Source of the DNA: an uncultured bacterium
Lineage (GTDB): Bacteria; Zixibacteria; MSB-5A5; CAIYYT01
Assembly (NCBI GenBank): GCA_963726455.1
Contig: CAVSCK010000003.1
Coordinates: forward strand, 758,166-822,165
Direction of reading: 5' to 3'
Length of the DNA: 64,000 nucleotides
A program made the position numbers and the translations under genes. Shown here piece by piece: positions 8,206 through 20,000 of this stretch (position 1 is its first letter; every line of letters starts with the position of its first letter). The notes under the pieces were generated by a model. That model saw only the letters and a program-made list of their open reading frames with translations, searched no databases and was not told the origin of the DNA.

Positions 8206-9747
8206 CTAGATAAACGAAACCACGTCTATCAAAATGAAGATCGGCACCAGAATGCCAATCGACCAGAGCATGTACCCGAAGAAGCTCGGCATACGTATGC
8301 GCGACGCCTCGGCAATGGAGCGCACCATGAAATTCGGTGCGTTACCAATATATGTCATGGCGCCAAAGAATACTGAACCGGTCGATATGGCCAGAAGTTC
8401 CTTCACGAATTGCGTTGCACCGGAATGCGCCAGGTTGCTGCTGAGGATATTGGTAACGTCGGCAGGATTGATGCCGAGATTGCCCAGCGACAGATTAAAG
8501 AATGTCAAATAAGTCGGCGCATTGTCCAGGAATGCTGACAGCCCTCCCGATGCCCAGAAGAAACGCGCCGGAGTGTCAACTGCATTTACCAAAAACGCAG
8601 CCGCGCCGTTCTGGCCGGCTCGCAGGATCAACAACGGCGCGGAAATAGTAACGAAGATTCCGAAGAACAGGATGGCAACTTCGCGGATCGGCTCCCAGGT
8701 AAAGTCGTTGGCAGAGCGATATTCCTTTCGGGTAGTAACGAGACTGACAATCGCCAGAATCGCAATGGCCAGGTCGCGCAATACCGACTGATATGTGAAT
8801 TGAATTCCGAGAAGCGAGAAGCTGCCCAGCGATAAACTTCCCGACATCAGCACCGCCCCGACAATTCCGAGAGTAAGCAGCAAATTGTGCCATCCGAGAA
8901 TTGTCAGTTTCTCGCCTTGATCCGAGTCGATCACATCTTTCGCGCCTTCCTTGCGCAGCAAGACACTATCGACAATGAAATACGCAATCAGCAACGGCAC
9001 GGCAGCCAACAACATCATTGACCATAGTTTCAGTGTCCAGAAAAATGGCACACCCCGAAGGAAGCCTAGAAACAACGGCGGATCACCCAGTGGGGTCAGT
9101 CCACCGCCGATATTCGCGACCAGAAAGATGAAGAATACAATCGTATGCACCTTGTACTTGCGCCCTTTGTTTGCGCGAATGAGGGGGCGAATTAGCAACA
9201 TCGCGGCTCCGGTCGTTCCCATCCACGACGCGAGCAACGTTCCAATCAAAAGTATGGACGTATTTACGATCGGTCTGCCAACGAGCGTACCGCGGAGATA
9301 GATACCACCCGACACGATGAACAGGCCCCCGATCAGAATGAGAAAAGGTACATAATCCGCCAACAGGACGTGCAGCAGTTCATAGATTCCCTCGCCTCGA
9401 TACGCATAGATGAGGGGTATCGCCAGGATCAGCGCCCAAAACAACGAGATTTTCGGAAAATGATGATGCCAGAATGCCGGCGCCATCAACGGTACTATCG
9501 CAATCGAAAGCAGAATTCCGACAAAAGGCAGACCACTCCAGAGGGGAAGCTGTCGGCCGATCTCTTCTCGTTCAGTTACATTGGCCGCCGCCGGTTGCTG
9601 GATCTGAACCATATTCTTAGGTGCAGGGTTTTCGCGCGTGGCACGTCCAAGTGCATTCGACGACAAGAGACAGATTAACAAGAAGAATATGGTCAGGGTA
9701 GACTGTCGTAATGAAGTACGAGTGCGGAATGCGGTTGCGGCTGTCAT
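8206..9747 (-). CDS. Putative sodium:proton antiporter / IT-superfamily transporter
   Basis: GTTGAAMLLIRP, ANIGGGLTPLGDPPLFLGFL, LDNAPTY, TYIGNAPNFMV. Start moved to the ATG at 9747, ahead of a signal-like segment. Confidence 0.85.
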   Translation of the reverse strand: MTAATAFRTRTSLRQSTLTIFFLLICLLSSNALGRATRENPAPKNMVQIQQPAAANVTEREEIGRQLPLWSGLPFVGILLSIAIVPLMAPAFWHHHFPKISLFWALILAIPLIYAYRGEGIYELLHVLLADYVPFLILIGGLFIVSGGIYLRGTLVGRPIVNTSILLIGTLLASWMGTTGAAMLLIRPLIRANKGRKYKVHTIVFFIFLVANIGGGLTPLGDPPLFLGFLRGVPFFWTLKLWSMMLLAAVPLLIAYFIVDSVLLRKEGAKDVIDSDQGEKLTILGWHNLLLTLGIVGAVLMSGSLSLGSFSLLGIQFTYQSVLRDLAIAILAIVSLVTTRKEYRSANDFTWEPIREVAILFFGIFVTISAPLLILRAGQNGAAAFLVNAVDTPARFFWASGGLSAFLDNAPTYLTFFNLSLGNLGINPADVTNILSSNLAHSGATQFVKELLAISTGSVFFGAMTYIGNAPNFMVRSIAEASRIRMPSFFGYMLWSIGILVPIFILIDVVSFI

Positions 9748-9880
9748 TGCGGCAATCATAATAGCCCAAGCGATACCAGATGGCAACAGGCAATTGCCCG
9801 TTCCCATGCTTGCATTTCGCAAAACGATTTCATAGAATAGTGACACGCAGGCAGACTTGTTGACACTGCACGAGGTGATA

Positions 9881-11244
9881 GTGAGCATACTTGACGATTT
9901 GAAAAGTATCGTGAGCGCGGATCGAGTTTCGGATAACCCGAGCGTTTTGGAATCAGTCTCCATTGACGAATCATCGCTGGAGCCGGTGCTTCCAGCCGCG
10001 GTCGTGCAGACACTTACCGCGGATGAAATCGCGCGCGTGATATCTTACTGCTATGAACACTCGCTTCCGGTAACCGCCCGCGGAGCCGGCAGTGACCTGG
10101 AAGGTAGCGCCATCCCGATCAAGGGCGGAATCGTTCTTGATGTCTCCCGCATGGACAAGATCACTCAAATCTGGCCTGAGGATTTGCAGGTCAAAGTCGA
10201 ACCGGGCGTCGTCTACGACAAACTCAACGAATATCTCAAGCGCGAAAGTCTGTTCTTCCCACCCTCACCGGGCGGCAGCTCCGATGTCGCTACCATCGGC
10301 GGGATGGTGTCAACGAACGCCAGCGGCATCTACTCGGTGAAATACGGCGGCACAAAGGATTTCGTGCTGGAGCTCGAGATAGTCGACGGCACCGGACGAA
10401 ATCATAAGCTCGGCAACCGCGCCATCAAACGGTCGTCGGGCTACAACCTGATCGACTTGATATCCGGATCCGAAGGAACGTTGGCAGTGATAACTTCTGT
10501 CACTCTGCAGTTGCTCGGCATACCGGAAGGTAATCGCAAGATCGCGTTCAAGTTCAAGTCGGAATACGAGGCCGCACAAACGGTCTCGGAAATGATGCGC
10601 TACGGATTGGATTTGGCGGCAGTGGAATTTCTGGACCACAATGTTATTGAAGCACTGAACCTGCTCAACAACTATGGTCTTGAGGTGACCCCCTGCCTGT
10701 TCATCGAAATTCACGGCCCCGCGTCCGTGCTTGATGCTACCTCGCAGACCGCCACCGAAATTGCAGCCGATATGGGTGGCGTACCACTCGAATTGGCCTC
10801 CGGGCAAAATCCGTGGGAAATCAGGCACTACACAACCAACGCAATCAAGTTGCGGCGTCCGGGTTATTCGATCATTCGTAACGATGTCGCGTTTCCGATT
10901 TCTAAACTTCCGGAAATGGTTCAGTTCTGCCGGCAACTGGCGGAGGAATCGGATTACTTATTCACGCCTTCGGACATGTCGGCATGGGTCTGCTGCACGC
11001 CCTGATCCTGGCGCGCAAGGATGTGCCGGAGGAATGGCAGCTTGGTCTCGAAACTAATCGCAAGATCATCAGGAAAGCGATCGAATGTGACGGTACGATT
11101 TCCGGTGAACATGGCATCGGCCTCGGCCACAAAGCGATATTTGGTCTGGAACATGCTGAGTCGATTGACCTCATGCGTCAGATCAAAGGCGTATTCGACC
11201 CCAGGGGAATTCTCAATCCGGGTAAAATCTTCGAGCCGAAGTAA
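9881..11244 (+). pseudogene. FAD-binding oxidoreductase (GlcD / D-lactate dehydrogenase family) with one frameshift near 10951, probably an assembly error
   Basis: ARGAGS.L.G, ATIGGMVSTNASG..S.KYG, GSEGTL, then ISGEHGIG and DPRGILNPGK in another frame. Restoring one G at TCG-(G)GA gives GLLIHAFGHVGMGLLH. Confidence 0.88.
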
Positions 11245-11314
11245 TCGACCGCACCTTTCTAAACCCGACTACGACATGGGAGTAACTACCGGCGATTTCC
11301 CGGCAGGATATCAC

Positions 11315-11342
11315 TTGACAATCGTCAGTAAGCTGTTATATT
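11315..11342 (+). promoter_or_regulatory. Sigma70-type promoter
   Basis: TTGACA-N16-TATATT with extended TG, about 90 nt upstream of ATG 11433. Confidence 0.65.
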
Positions 11343-11432
11343 TTCACGACTTACGAAAATGGGGTCGGAACATACAATACCAAGTGTCTTGCCATTGTTT
11401 CCGCGTCAATGCGGAGAATTGTGAGTCGATAA

Positions 11433-13479
11433 ATGAAGTCAATTCTAAAGCACGCTATTTCCATTCTTATTGCTTTCCAGTTTTGTACAGCGCTGTCGTC
11501 CTCGCACGCTGTCGCACAGAATTCCAGCCAGGAGGATATTCGGGCGAAGACTGCCGGAGTATTTCAAGGCGATTCCCAAGGATCAACTCAAGGAATGGAT
11601 TTACCATAACGGCGGCGACTGGTGCAACACACAGCACGCTTATGACGCCAAGCGCGCCAAGCTCGGAATCAATCTTCCTACCTGTCCTCCTGAAGGTCCC
11701 TGTGACGATCCGGTGTTGCGTGATTCGCTGATTCCGACGCCGGGTGATCCAATTATCACGCTCCGGATCAAATTCAATATCTTCTGTAACGACGACGGCT
11801 CCAGTTGTGGCGCTACACAGGAACAGGCAGATGCGCAGCTGGCGACGCTGAATGCGCACTTTCTGCCGCTGCGTATCCAGTGGACTGCGAGAACGTCATT
11901 TATCAATTCCACGCAATATCGCACCTTCACCGATAACGAAGAAGTCGGGATCAAAACCACATATGCCGACCAGCCGGATTCCCAGTTGAACGTGTTTGTT
12001 ACCGGTCTCAACACCGGCTATATCGGCATGGGGACGTTTCCCTGGGATCCTCAGGCGATGACCGCTATGGGCGGCATCCTGCTCGACGCAAATTATTTCG
12101 GCGCTGGCGAAGGCACGCTCACGCACGAGATTGGGCACAATCTCGGGTTATGGCACACGTTCCATGGAGTAACGGAAGTACAACAGTGTTCCGATTGTTG
12201 GGAACGCGCCGACCACCTGAACGGCAATACCACCGGCGATTTTTGCCTGGACACTGACCCAACTCCTATGAGTTACCAATGCGGCCCTCCGGGCGGCACC
12301 GATCAGTGCAGCGGTGTGCCGTGGGGCGAAACTGATCCGCAGAATTACATGGGCTATTCCGGTGACGTTTGTTATCGCGAATTCAGCCCGCAACAGTGGG
12401 GACGCATTCACTGCTGGATCAACGACAAGCTCAACGGTTGGCGGAATTGTCACCCGGATGGAAAACTTGCTTCGGTAGAGGATGGAAAGTCACTCGACAG
12501 TGATCGTGACGGAGTGGCTGATGATGTGGATAATTGCCCGACCACCTTCAATCCTTGTCAGGAGAATGTTGACGGCGATGCAATGGGTGACGCGTGCGAT
12601 CCTGATATCGACAACGACAACGTACTCAACGCCGCCGACAACTGCCCTTATGTTCATAATCCCGATCAATTCGACAGCGACGGCGATACTTTCGGGGATG
12701 CCTGCGACAATTGTCCGGCCACTGCCAACACCGGTCAGTTGGACGTCGATGGTGACGGCATCGGCGATGTGTGCGACGCATGCACCGATGTCGACAAGGA
12801 CGGCTACGGCGATCCCGGATATGCGGCCAGCACCTGTCCGACCGACAACTGTCCGGCTATCAGCAACCCGATGCAAGCGGACTTGGATGCCGATGGTGTC
12901 GGCGATGTTTGTGACAACTGTCCCGGCGATTTTAACTCACAGCAGTATGATGAAGACAATGACGGAGTAGGTGATGCCTGTGACGGACAGATGCACATCG
13001 AGAGTTACACACTTCCTGACGCCTACTATAACAAGCCATATTCATACCAATTCTGGTCAGTCGGTGGCGTCAAACCTTATTCGTGGCAATTCATCGGTGG
13101 CGATGTCCCCTACGGACTTGAGTTCACCGGTGATACGCTGGGCACCATCACCGGCAAACCAAGTTACAGGGCGACATTCTATTTCACGGTGGCTTGTTTC
13201 GACGCCGATACGCCGCAGAGAACCGATACGATGAGCGTGAGTCTTAGTGTGGTTGATCCACCCGCTCCAAGCTACTTGTGCGGCGATGCCGACGGCAGTG
13301 ATGACATCAACATTTCCGACGTGGTCTATCTTATACAGTACATCTTTGCCAACGGATCGGCGCCGGATCCGATAGAGTCAGGCGATCTGGATTGCGGTGG
13401 CTCCGTTGACATATCCGATGCGATACTGCTGATCGCCCACATATTCGGCAACCGACCGCATCCCTGTAGCTGCAAGTAA
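11433..13479 (+). CDS. Secreted M43 (pappalysin/ulilysin-like) zinc metalloprotease with TSP3 repeats, Ig-like (He_PIG) domain and C-terminal dockerin; frameshift near 11550
   Basis: [18 protein letters not shown] Met-turn, DxDGDGxGDxCDNCP repeats, dockerin at 13279-13479. Signal peptide [28 protein letters not shown] starts at 11433 in a different frame from the main ORF. Confidence 0.88.
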
Positions 13480-13491
13480 GCGGTGCGGCGT

Positions 13492-13968
13492 TCAGCCGTT
13501 TCGCGAGAAATCGAGTATAGTCGGCTTCGCCAATCGCAGATAATCGGCAACTTCCATGATGATGGAATCGGTCAGTGAGCCGGCATTGAATGCAATGCGG
13601 TCGTTGGCGAGAATGGAATTATCCACGTACAGCGGCAGATGAATGATTGGCTCCCCAAACGGCGGTACGCAACCGGGAACACAGCCGGTCAATTCTTGAA
13701 GCTCTTCTACCGTGGCGAAACGCGTTCGCTTCTCCTGAAAATGTTCCTTGATGGCAGCCGAATCAATCTTGAGCGCGCCACTCAGCACAAACAGCTTGAA
13801 TTCCTCGCCGATCTTCATGACCAGCGCCTTACCGCCGATTTTCATTGGCTCGCCGCGCGCTTGAGCAGATTGCTCGGAAGTATAGGTCGGTTCATGATGT
13901 GCCGCTCGGTATACAATACCGTGACTATCCAGATAAGACTTGATTGTGGCAAGAAGTTCAGACGACAT
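13492..13968 (-). CDS. YbaK/ProX aminoacyl-tRNA deacylase (editing domain)
   Basis: H.PTYTS, GGKALV, GCVPGCVPPFG, FNAG. Confidence 0.9.
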   Translation of the reverse strand: MSSELLATIKSYLDSHGIVYRAAHHEPTYTSEQSAQARGEPMKIGGKALVMKIGEEFKLFVLSGALKIDSAAIKEHFQEKRTRFATVEELQELTGCVPGCVPPFGEPIIHLPLYVDNSILANDRIAFNAGSLTDSIIMEVADYLRLAKPTILDFSRNG

Positions 13969-14139
13969 CGCTTAACACTCTGACAATCTTTAGCTTCGCC
14001 GTCGCGCTCTGCGCGGGCGGCAACTTCATCATCGGCGAACACGAGCACCGGCGGAGCTTCCTTGCCGGCTGATTCATTCCAGTGACTGATGAATTTGGCG
14101 CAGCGACCGGCTTATGTCAAGCCCAACTGCGGAAATGGC

Positions 14140-14167
14140 TTGCTTAAATTGCGTCGTGGGTTATATT
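14140..14167 (+). promoter_or_regulatory. Sigma70-type promoter
   Basis: TTGCTT-N16-TATATT about 80 nt upstream of the carboxypeptidase start. Confidence 0.5.
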
Positions 14168-14245
14168 GTCAAGGAAAGGTACTTACTTCAGTGAAGTTTT
14201 TCTTCCTAATCGAGCCATACCATTTCCGCAACGATTGGAGCATCA

Positions 14246-16861
14246 ATGTCCAAAAAGTTAACGCTTTTGGTCTTCGCGGCGCTGTTGAGCTTGGCAGTCG
14301 CCGGAGCAGCGGAGGCCAGTCAGTATTACTTCAAGTTTAACATCCAGTCACCCAAAGAATTAGACGAACTCACCAAGATTATCTCCATTGACAACGTCAA
14401 GGGCAACGAGGTCTATGCCTATGCCAACGACCGCGGTCTGGACAAATTCCAGTCGATGGGGTATTCACTCACGATGCTGACAAATCCGGGCGAGCTTATT
14501 GTTCCGGAAATGGCGAAGTCGCTTCGTGATGCGCAGGCGTGGGACGTCTACCCAACATACACGCAATACCTCGACATTATGAATCAATTCGAGTACAACC
14601 ATCCCGGCATCTGCAAGGTCATAACTATCGGCACGACAACGCAGGGACGTCAATTGCTGGCAGTAAAGATATCCGACAACGTGAATACTGACGAAGCCGA
14701 GCCCGAGGTTTGGTATGCCAGTTCAATGCACGGTGACGAGACCACCGGCTACGTCATGACACTGAGGTTGATTGATTCATTACTGACTTCGTATGGCTCG
14801 GATCCCCGCATCACCAACATGATCGACAATATGGAAATCTTCATCACGCCGCTCTCGAATCCTGATGGCACTTATCATGGTGGCGACGGCAGCGTGAGTG
14901 GCGCCTGGCGCTACAACGCCAACAGCGTCGATCTCAACCGCAATTTCCCCGATCCTGCTGATGGCCAACACCCCGATGGAGAAACCTGGCAGATGGAAAC
15001 GGTGGCGATGATGAATTTCATGGCGGCTCACCACATCATTCTATCAGCCAACTTCCATGGTGGCGCCGAAGTAGTAAACTACCCCTGGGACACCTGGTCG
15101 CGCCTGCATCCGGACGACACCTGGTGGCAACAAATCAGTCGCCGCTTCGCCGACACGGTGCATGTCTATGCTCCATCCGGTTACTTAACAGACCTGAACA
15201 ACGGTATTACGAATGGCTATGCGTGGTATCGCGTCACCGGCGGTCGCCAGGATTATATGACATATTTCATGCATGGACGCGAAGCCACAATCGAAATATC
15301 ATCTACCAAGCTTCTTCCTGCCGCAAGTCTGCCGGCGTGGTGGACGTACTTGCGCAAATCCCTGCTTAACTGGTTATCAGAAGGTCTATATGGCATTCAG
15401 GGTACGGCCACCAGTGCAACGACCGGCCTTCCGGTGGGGGCCAGAGTCACTGTATTGACTCACGACGCCGACAGTTCTCAAGTTTATTCCAATCCCGTGA
15501 CCGGCGAGTTTCATCGCCTGATTGCTCCCGGCACCTGGTCGCTGAAGTTCGAGGCAACCAACTATGTGCCATTGACGATCAACAATGTCACCGTAACGAA
15601 TTTCAACCAGACGGTGCTCAATGCCCAAATGCAGCCGCTGTCGCCATATCCGATCGTCAATTTCCTCAGCCACAATGCTCCCCCGTCGATTCGACCGGGT
15701 GACAACGTGGTTATGAACATCTCGGTGGAAAATGACGGTGGCAGCAACGCGTCAAATATGCAGGGCACATTGTCCACGGCCGACGTAAACATAACTGTCA
15801 CGCAGCCGACCTCGCTGTTCCCGACCATCGCGGCATTTGGCGGCACGGGCACATCGATATCGCAATACGGTTTCAACGTCTCTCCGGCCTGTCCGAACAA
15901 TCATGTCGTGACTTTCCGACTGATTCTCGCGGCTGATGGAAATTATCGTGACACAATCTCATTCGACATGACGCTTGCCCGTCCGATTGAGAATTTCGAG
16001 ACCGGCAACTTCGCAAGTTTCCCCTGGCAGTTTACGGGACAACAACCCTGGTCGGTTGTGACGTCCGCTCCGTATGAGGGAACCTATTGCGCTCAGTCGG
16101 GTCCGATCACTCATTCTCAAAGCTCCAAGATGTCGGCAGCACTGAACGTGCTTAACGACGGCAATGTATCGTTCTACTACAAGGTCTCCTCCGAACCCAA
16201 TTGGGACCTGCTCAAATTTTCAATTGATGGATCAGTGAAGGGTCAATGGTCGGGTACCGTTGGCTGGACGCAGGCAACTTACCCGGTCACGGCCGGCAAT
16301 CACATTTTCTTGTGGGAGTATGTCAAGGACGGGTCGATGTCTCAGGGCAGCGACAAGGCCTGGGTAGATTTGATCATTTTCCCGCCGGTGCAGAGCAGTG
16401 CCCTGGGAATCCTTACCGGTTCATTGCCGGACAGTTGGCTGGGCAAAGCATATTCGCAACAGCTTCAGGCCTCGGGTGGTACGCCTCCCTATACCTGGAG
16501 CGACCAGAACAACGGTCTCTCCGGAACCGGCTTGACGTTATCGAGTGGCGGCCTCGTGTCCGGAACGCTTGGACGTGCCGGCGCAGTAAGCTTCACCGCC
16601 CTTCTTCAAGATGCGGCCAGTGGCTCCGCCACCAGACCTTACAGCTTCAGTGTGCGCGTGAGCGGTGACGCTGACGGTTCGGGAACAATCGATATCTCGG
16701 ATGCCGTTTTCCTGATCGGCTACATTTTCGGCGGCGGTGCGGCTCCCAATCCAATCACGTTGGGCGATGCTGATTGCAGCGGTTCGGTCGATATTTCCGA
16801 CGTCGTGTATCTGATTCAGTACATATTCGGCGGCGGCCCGGCGCCTTGCGTGCTTAAGTAG
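14246..16861 (+). CDS. Secreted M14 zinc carboxypeptidase with regulatory beta domains, Ig-like domain and C-terminal dockerin
   Basis: Signal peptide, MHGDE, DLNRNFP, ANFHGG, NYPWD, TIEIS; dockerin at 16661-16861. Confidence 0.93.
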   Translation: MSKKLTLLVFAALLSLAVAGAAEASQYYFKFNIQSPKELDELTKIISIDNVKGNEVYAYANDRGLDKFQSMGYSLTMLTNPGELIVPEMAKSLRDAQAWDVYPTYTQYLDIMNQFEYNHPGICKVITIGTTTQGRQLLAVKISDNVNTDEAEPEVWYASSMHGDETTGYVMTLRLIDSLLTSYGSDPRITNMIDNMEIFITPLSNPDGTYHGGDGSVSGAWRYNANSVDLNRNFPDPADGQHPDGETWQMETVAMMNFMAAHHIILSANFHGGAEVVNYPWDTWSRLHPDDTWWQQISRRFADTVHVYAPSGYLTDLNNGITNGYAWYRVTGGRQDYMTYFMHGREATIEISSTKLLPAASLPAWWTYLRKSLLNWLSEGLYGIQGTATSATTGLPVGARVTVLTHDADSSQVYSNPVTGEFHRLIAPGTWSLKFEATNYVPLTINNVTVTNFNQTVLNAQMQPLSPYPIVNFLSHNAPPSIRPGDNVVMNISVENDGGSNASNMQGTLSTADVNITVTQPTSLFPTIAAFGGTGTSISQYGFNVSPACPNNHVVTFRLILAADGNYRDTISFDMTLARPIENFETGNFASFPWQFTGQQPWSVVTSAPYEGTYCAQSGPITHSQSSKMSAALNVLNDGNVSFYYKVSSEPNWDLLKFSIDGSVKGQWSGTVGWTQATYPVTAGNHIFLWEYVKDGSMSQGSDKAWVDLIIFPPVQSSALGILTGSLPDSWLGKAYSQQLQASGGTPPYTWSDQNNGLSGTGLTLSSGGLVSGTLGRAGAVSFTALLQDAASGSATRPYSFSVRVSGDADGSGTIDISDAVFLIGYIFGGGAAPNPITLGDADCSGSVDISDVVYLIQYIFGGGPAPCVLK

Positions 16862-16883
16862 CATCCGTCTTGTGACAGTATCC

Positions 16884-16920
16884 GGCTTCTCTCCGGCTCG
16901 CCCGGAGAGAAGCCCATTTC
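16884..16920 (+). terminator. Probable intrinsic terminator
   Basis: 13-bp stem GGCTTCTCTCCGG/CCGGAGAGAAGCC after the stop codon. Confidence 0.65.
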
Positions 16921-17021
16921 TTGATAGATAAATACCTGCCGTTAAGTACAGATGACGAGCGGGTTAGTCCGCCGACTGAAATGACGCTTCTTACCGGCTA
17001 GCCGTTAATGACGATGAGGGA

Positions 17022-20000
17022 ATGACCATGGCCGCAATCAAATTACTGAAAGTTAACCTGACAACATCGGCTCTGCTCGCAGGCCTTTGCTGCCTAATAG
17101 GATTATCCTTCACGGCCTCATTGAGCGCGTCGCCTGCAATTCGACCCTTCGCTATTGACAAGGCATCGCACTCAGACTCCTATGTTCATGGGCGGCTGGA
17201 TCACGCGGCTTTCGAGGCGCTGAAGATCGGACAGCAATCACAGTCGATAGAGCTTCAAATCAAGCAGAACGAATTTCTTACTCTCGACGTCGAGCGTTTC
17301 AATATTATTGACCCGAACGCACAATTCGTCATCGGTTCAAAGTCCGGTGATATCGCCACGCCGATTCCTGAAGTCTTGCTGTACCGTGGCACAGTTGGCG
17401 GCGACCCAAATACTCACGTCTTCCTCGCGTTCGCCGAGCATGGCTTTGCGAATGGATACGTCAGACTGGCTAGCGGAGAGACTTACTTCGTGTCACAATC
17501 GCCGGAAGAGGCGGCCAAGGGATGGGACGGAGAACTGGTCATTCACAACCAAGAGGGTGGGCTCGACCTTCCCGACGGCGTCGAGTTCTGTGGCGTAAAA
17601 TTGCCTGCGGGATATATACCTCCGGAAATTTCAAGAGACGAGAGCTCCTTCATACGCGGATTGCGGCTGGGAGCCATCGCTGTCGAGGGAGACCAGCTTT
17701 ACTACCAGTTGTTCAACAGCACACCCGCAGCACAAAGCTACATTCTGACGGTAATCGGCGCAGTCAATGACATCTACATGCGCGACCTAAAACTCAAACT
17801 GCTGGTCAAATTCATGCGCCTGTGGCCGACCGGCGCGCCTTTCAACGCTAACGACCTGTGGGGGTTCGAATCCTACTGGCAGTCGCAGATGAATCCCGAT
17901 CCTTACAACATCATCGATATGTTCAGCGGCCAGCGCGACATGAGTTACGGCGGCGTTTCGTTTGTCTCCGGCACCTGCAGCCCGGGACGGACCTATTGCA
18001 TCACGGGATTTCTTAACGGCAGTTTCCCAAATCCCATGACGACCCCGAGCATCAGCAACTGGGATGTTATCGTCGTAGCCCATGAGATGGGACACGCTCT
18101 GGGAACTTATCACACTCACGACGGCTATACCCCTCCGATTGACAACTGCGGCAATGGCGTTCCGTCTCGCGGAACAATTATGAGCTACTGCCACGTATTC
18201 GCCGGGTACACCTCCAACACCGACCTGTTTATGCACCGTCTGGTGGAACAAGTTATCAACGCGGACCTGAACTCGGGCGGCTGCATGCCGTTCGATTGTA
18301 ACGGCAATGACACATCTGACGTAACCGATATCGCCACCGGCCGATCACACGATGTCAACGGCGACGGCGTTCCCGATGAGTGCCAGGACTGTAATGCCAA
18401 CGGCGTTGCTGACTGGCTCGACATCGAGGATGGCGCCGCTGATGTCAACGGCAACGGGATTCCAGACCTGTGTGAAACTGATTGCAATTCCAATCTGATT
18501 CCCGATAGCTGGGAGATTTCCAACGGTATGGTGGCGGATGCCGATGGCAACGACCGCCCGGACGGTTGTGACCCAGACTGCAATGCCAACGGCACGCCGG
18601 ATTTCGCCGAAGTTGCAGACGGAACAGTGGACGATTACGACCGCAACAACGTACCGGATATATGTCAGGACTGCGACGGCAACAGCGTTTCCGATTGGAT
18701 TGACATGCAGCGGCAATACAACCTCTATGTCGCCGACCAGAGCAACTGGGTTCGCGAATTCCACGCCGTCTCGGGCTATCCAATTCAGAACCTGGCAGCG
18801 GGACTGGTCAACAATCCCTCCGACGTCGCCTTTGGCTCAGACCGGCAACTGTACATCGCCAATACAGGCGGAAACAACATTCTTCGGCTCAATGTCGACA
18901 ACAACACGATCACAGCGTTTGTGCCCGCGGGAAGCGGCGGGTTGTCGAGCCCAAGCGGAGTAGCATTCGGTCCCGACGGCTTCCTCTATGTATCAAGCCG
19001 TGGCACCAACAGCGTTGTCAAATACAACGGAGCGACGGGCGCTCTTGTCGGAACCTTCGTGGCGTCCGGCTCAGGCGGCCTCTCGCAACCATACGGGCTG
19101 GCATTCGGCCCCAACGGCGATCTGTATGTCACCAGCTCCAATAATCAGGTGTTAGAATACAGCGGCACGACCGGCGTTTTTGTCAAGATTGTGGTGACGA
19201 CCGGTTCGGGCGGACTGAGTTCGCCACGGAGCATTGCGTTTCTGAGTGCGTATAGCATGCTGGTAACCAGTTATGGCAGCAATCAGATTCTTCTGTATAG
19301 TCTGTTCACCGGTACCTTCTCGAGAGTTTTCAATGATGTACAGGCGCCTGAAGATCCGTGGGATATAGTGATTGGTCCCAACGGCGATGTCTTCGTCACG
19401 GAAAACTATAAGGGCGGCGTGGTCCCGCAAGTGATTGAGTATGTCCCCAGCGGACGTTTTTACCGTCGTTTCGTACGCGGCACCAACAGCGGACTCGTCA
19501 ATCCGACGGGCATAGCATTTCGACCGCAGGCACTTACCGACTGCAACGGCAACAAACGGCTCGACTTGTGCGACATTGCTGCCGGCTTCTCTCTCGACAT
19601 AAATCATGACCAGATTCCGGATGAATGCCAGGGAAATGACCTGGACAATGACGGCGTTCCGAATGCCAGTGACAACTGTCCGGCAACGCCTAATCCCGCG
19701 CAGTTGGACAGCGATAACGACGGAATCGGAGATGCTTGCGATATTTGCGCAACTATCTACAATCCGACTCAGGCGGATGTTGACGGTGACAGCGTCGGTA
19801 ATGAATGCGACAACTGCCCCAACGACTATAACAAGGATCAGGCCAACGCTGACGGAGATGCCTACGGTGACGTCTGCGACGTCTGCACCGACACCGACCA
19901 CGATGGCTTCGGCAACCCGGGCTATCCTGCGAATCTCTGTCCGCCCGACAACTGCCCCACCGTGGCAAATGCGTCGCAATATGACAGTGATAACGATGGT

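Noticed and set aside
10940-10965. Programmed ribosomal frameshift in the FAD oxidoreductase (also considered at 54466)
   Set aside because: No slippery heptamer or stimulatory structure; a single missing base restores the family sequence, so assembly error is more likely.
13970-14100. Small ORF or structured RNA upstream of the ProX gene
   Set aside because: No RBS-supported start, not in frame with ProX, and no recognisable RNA family.
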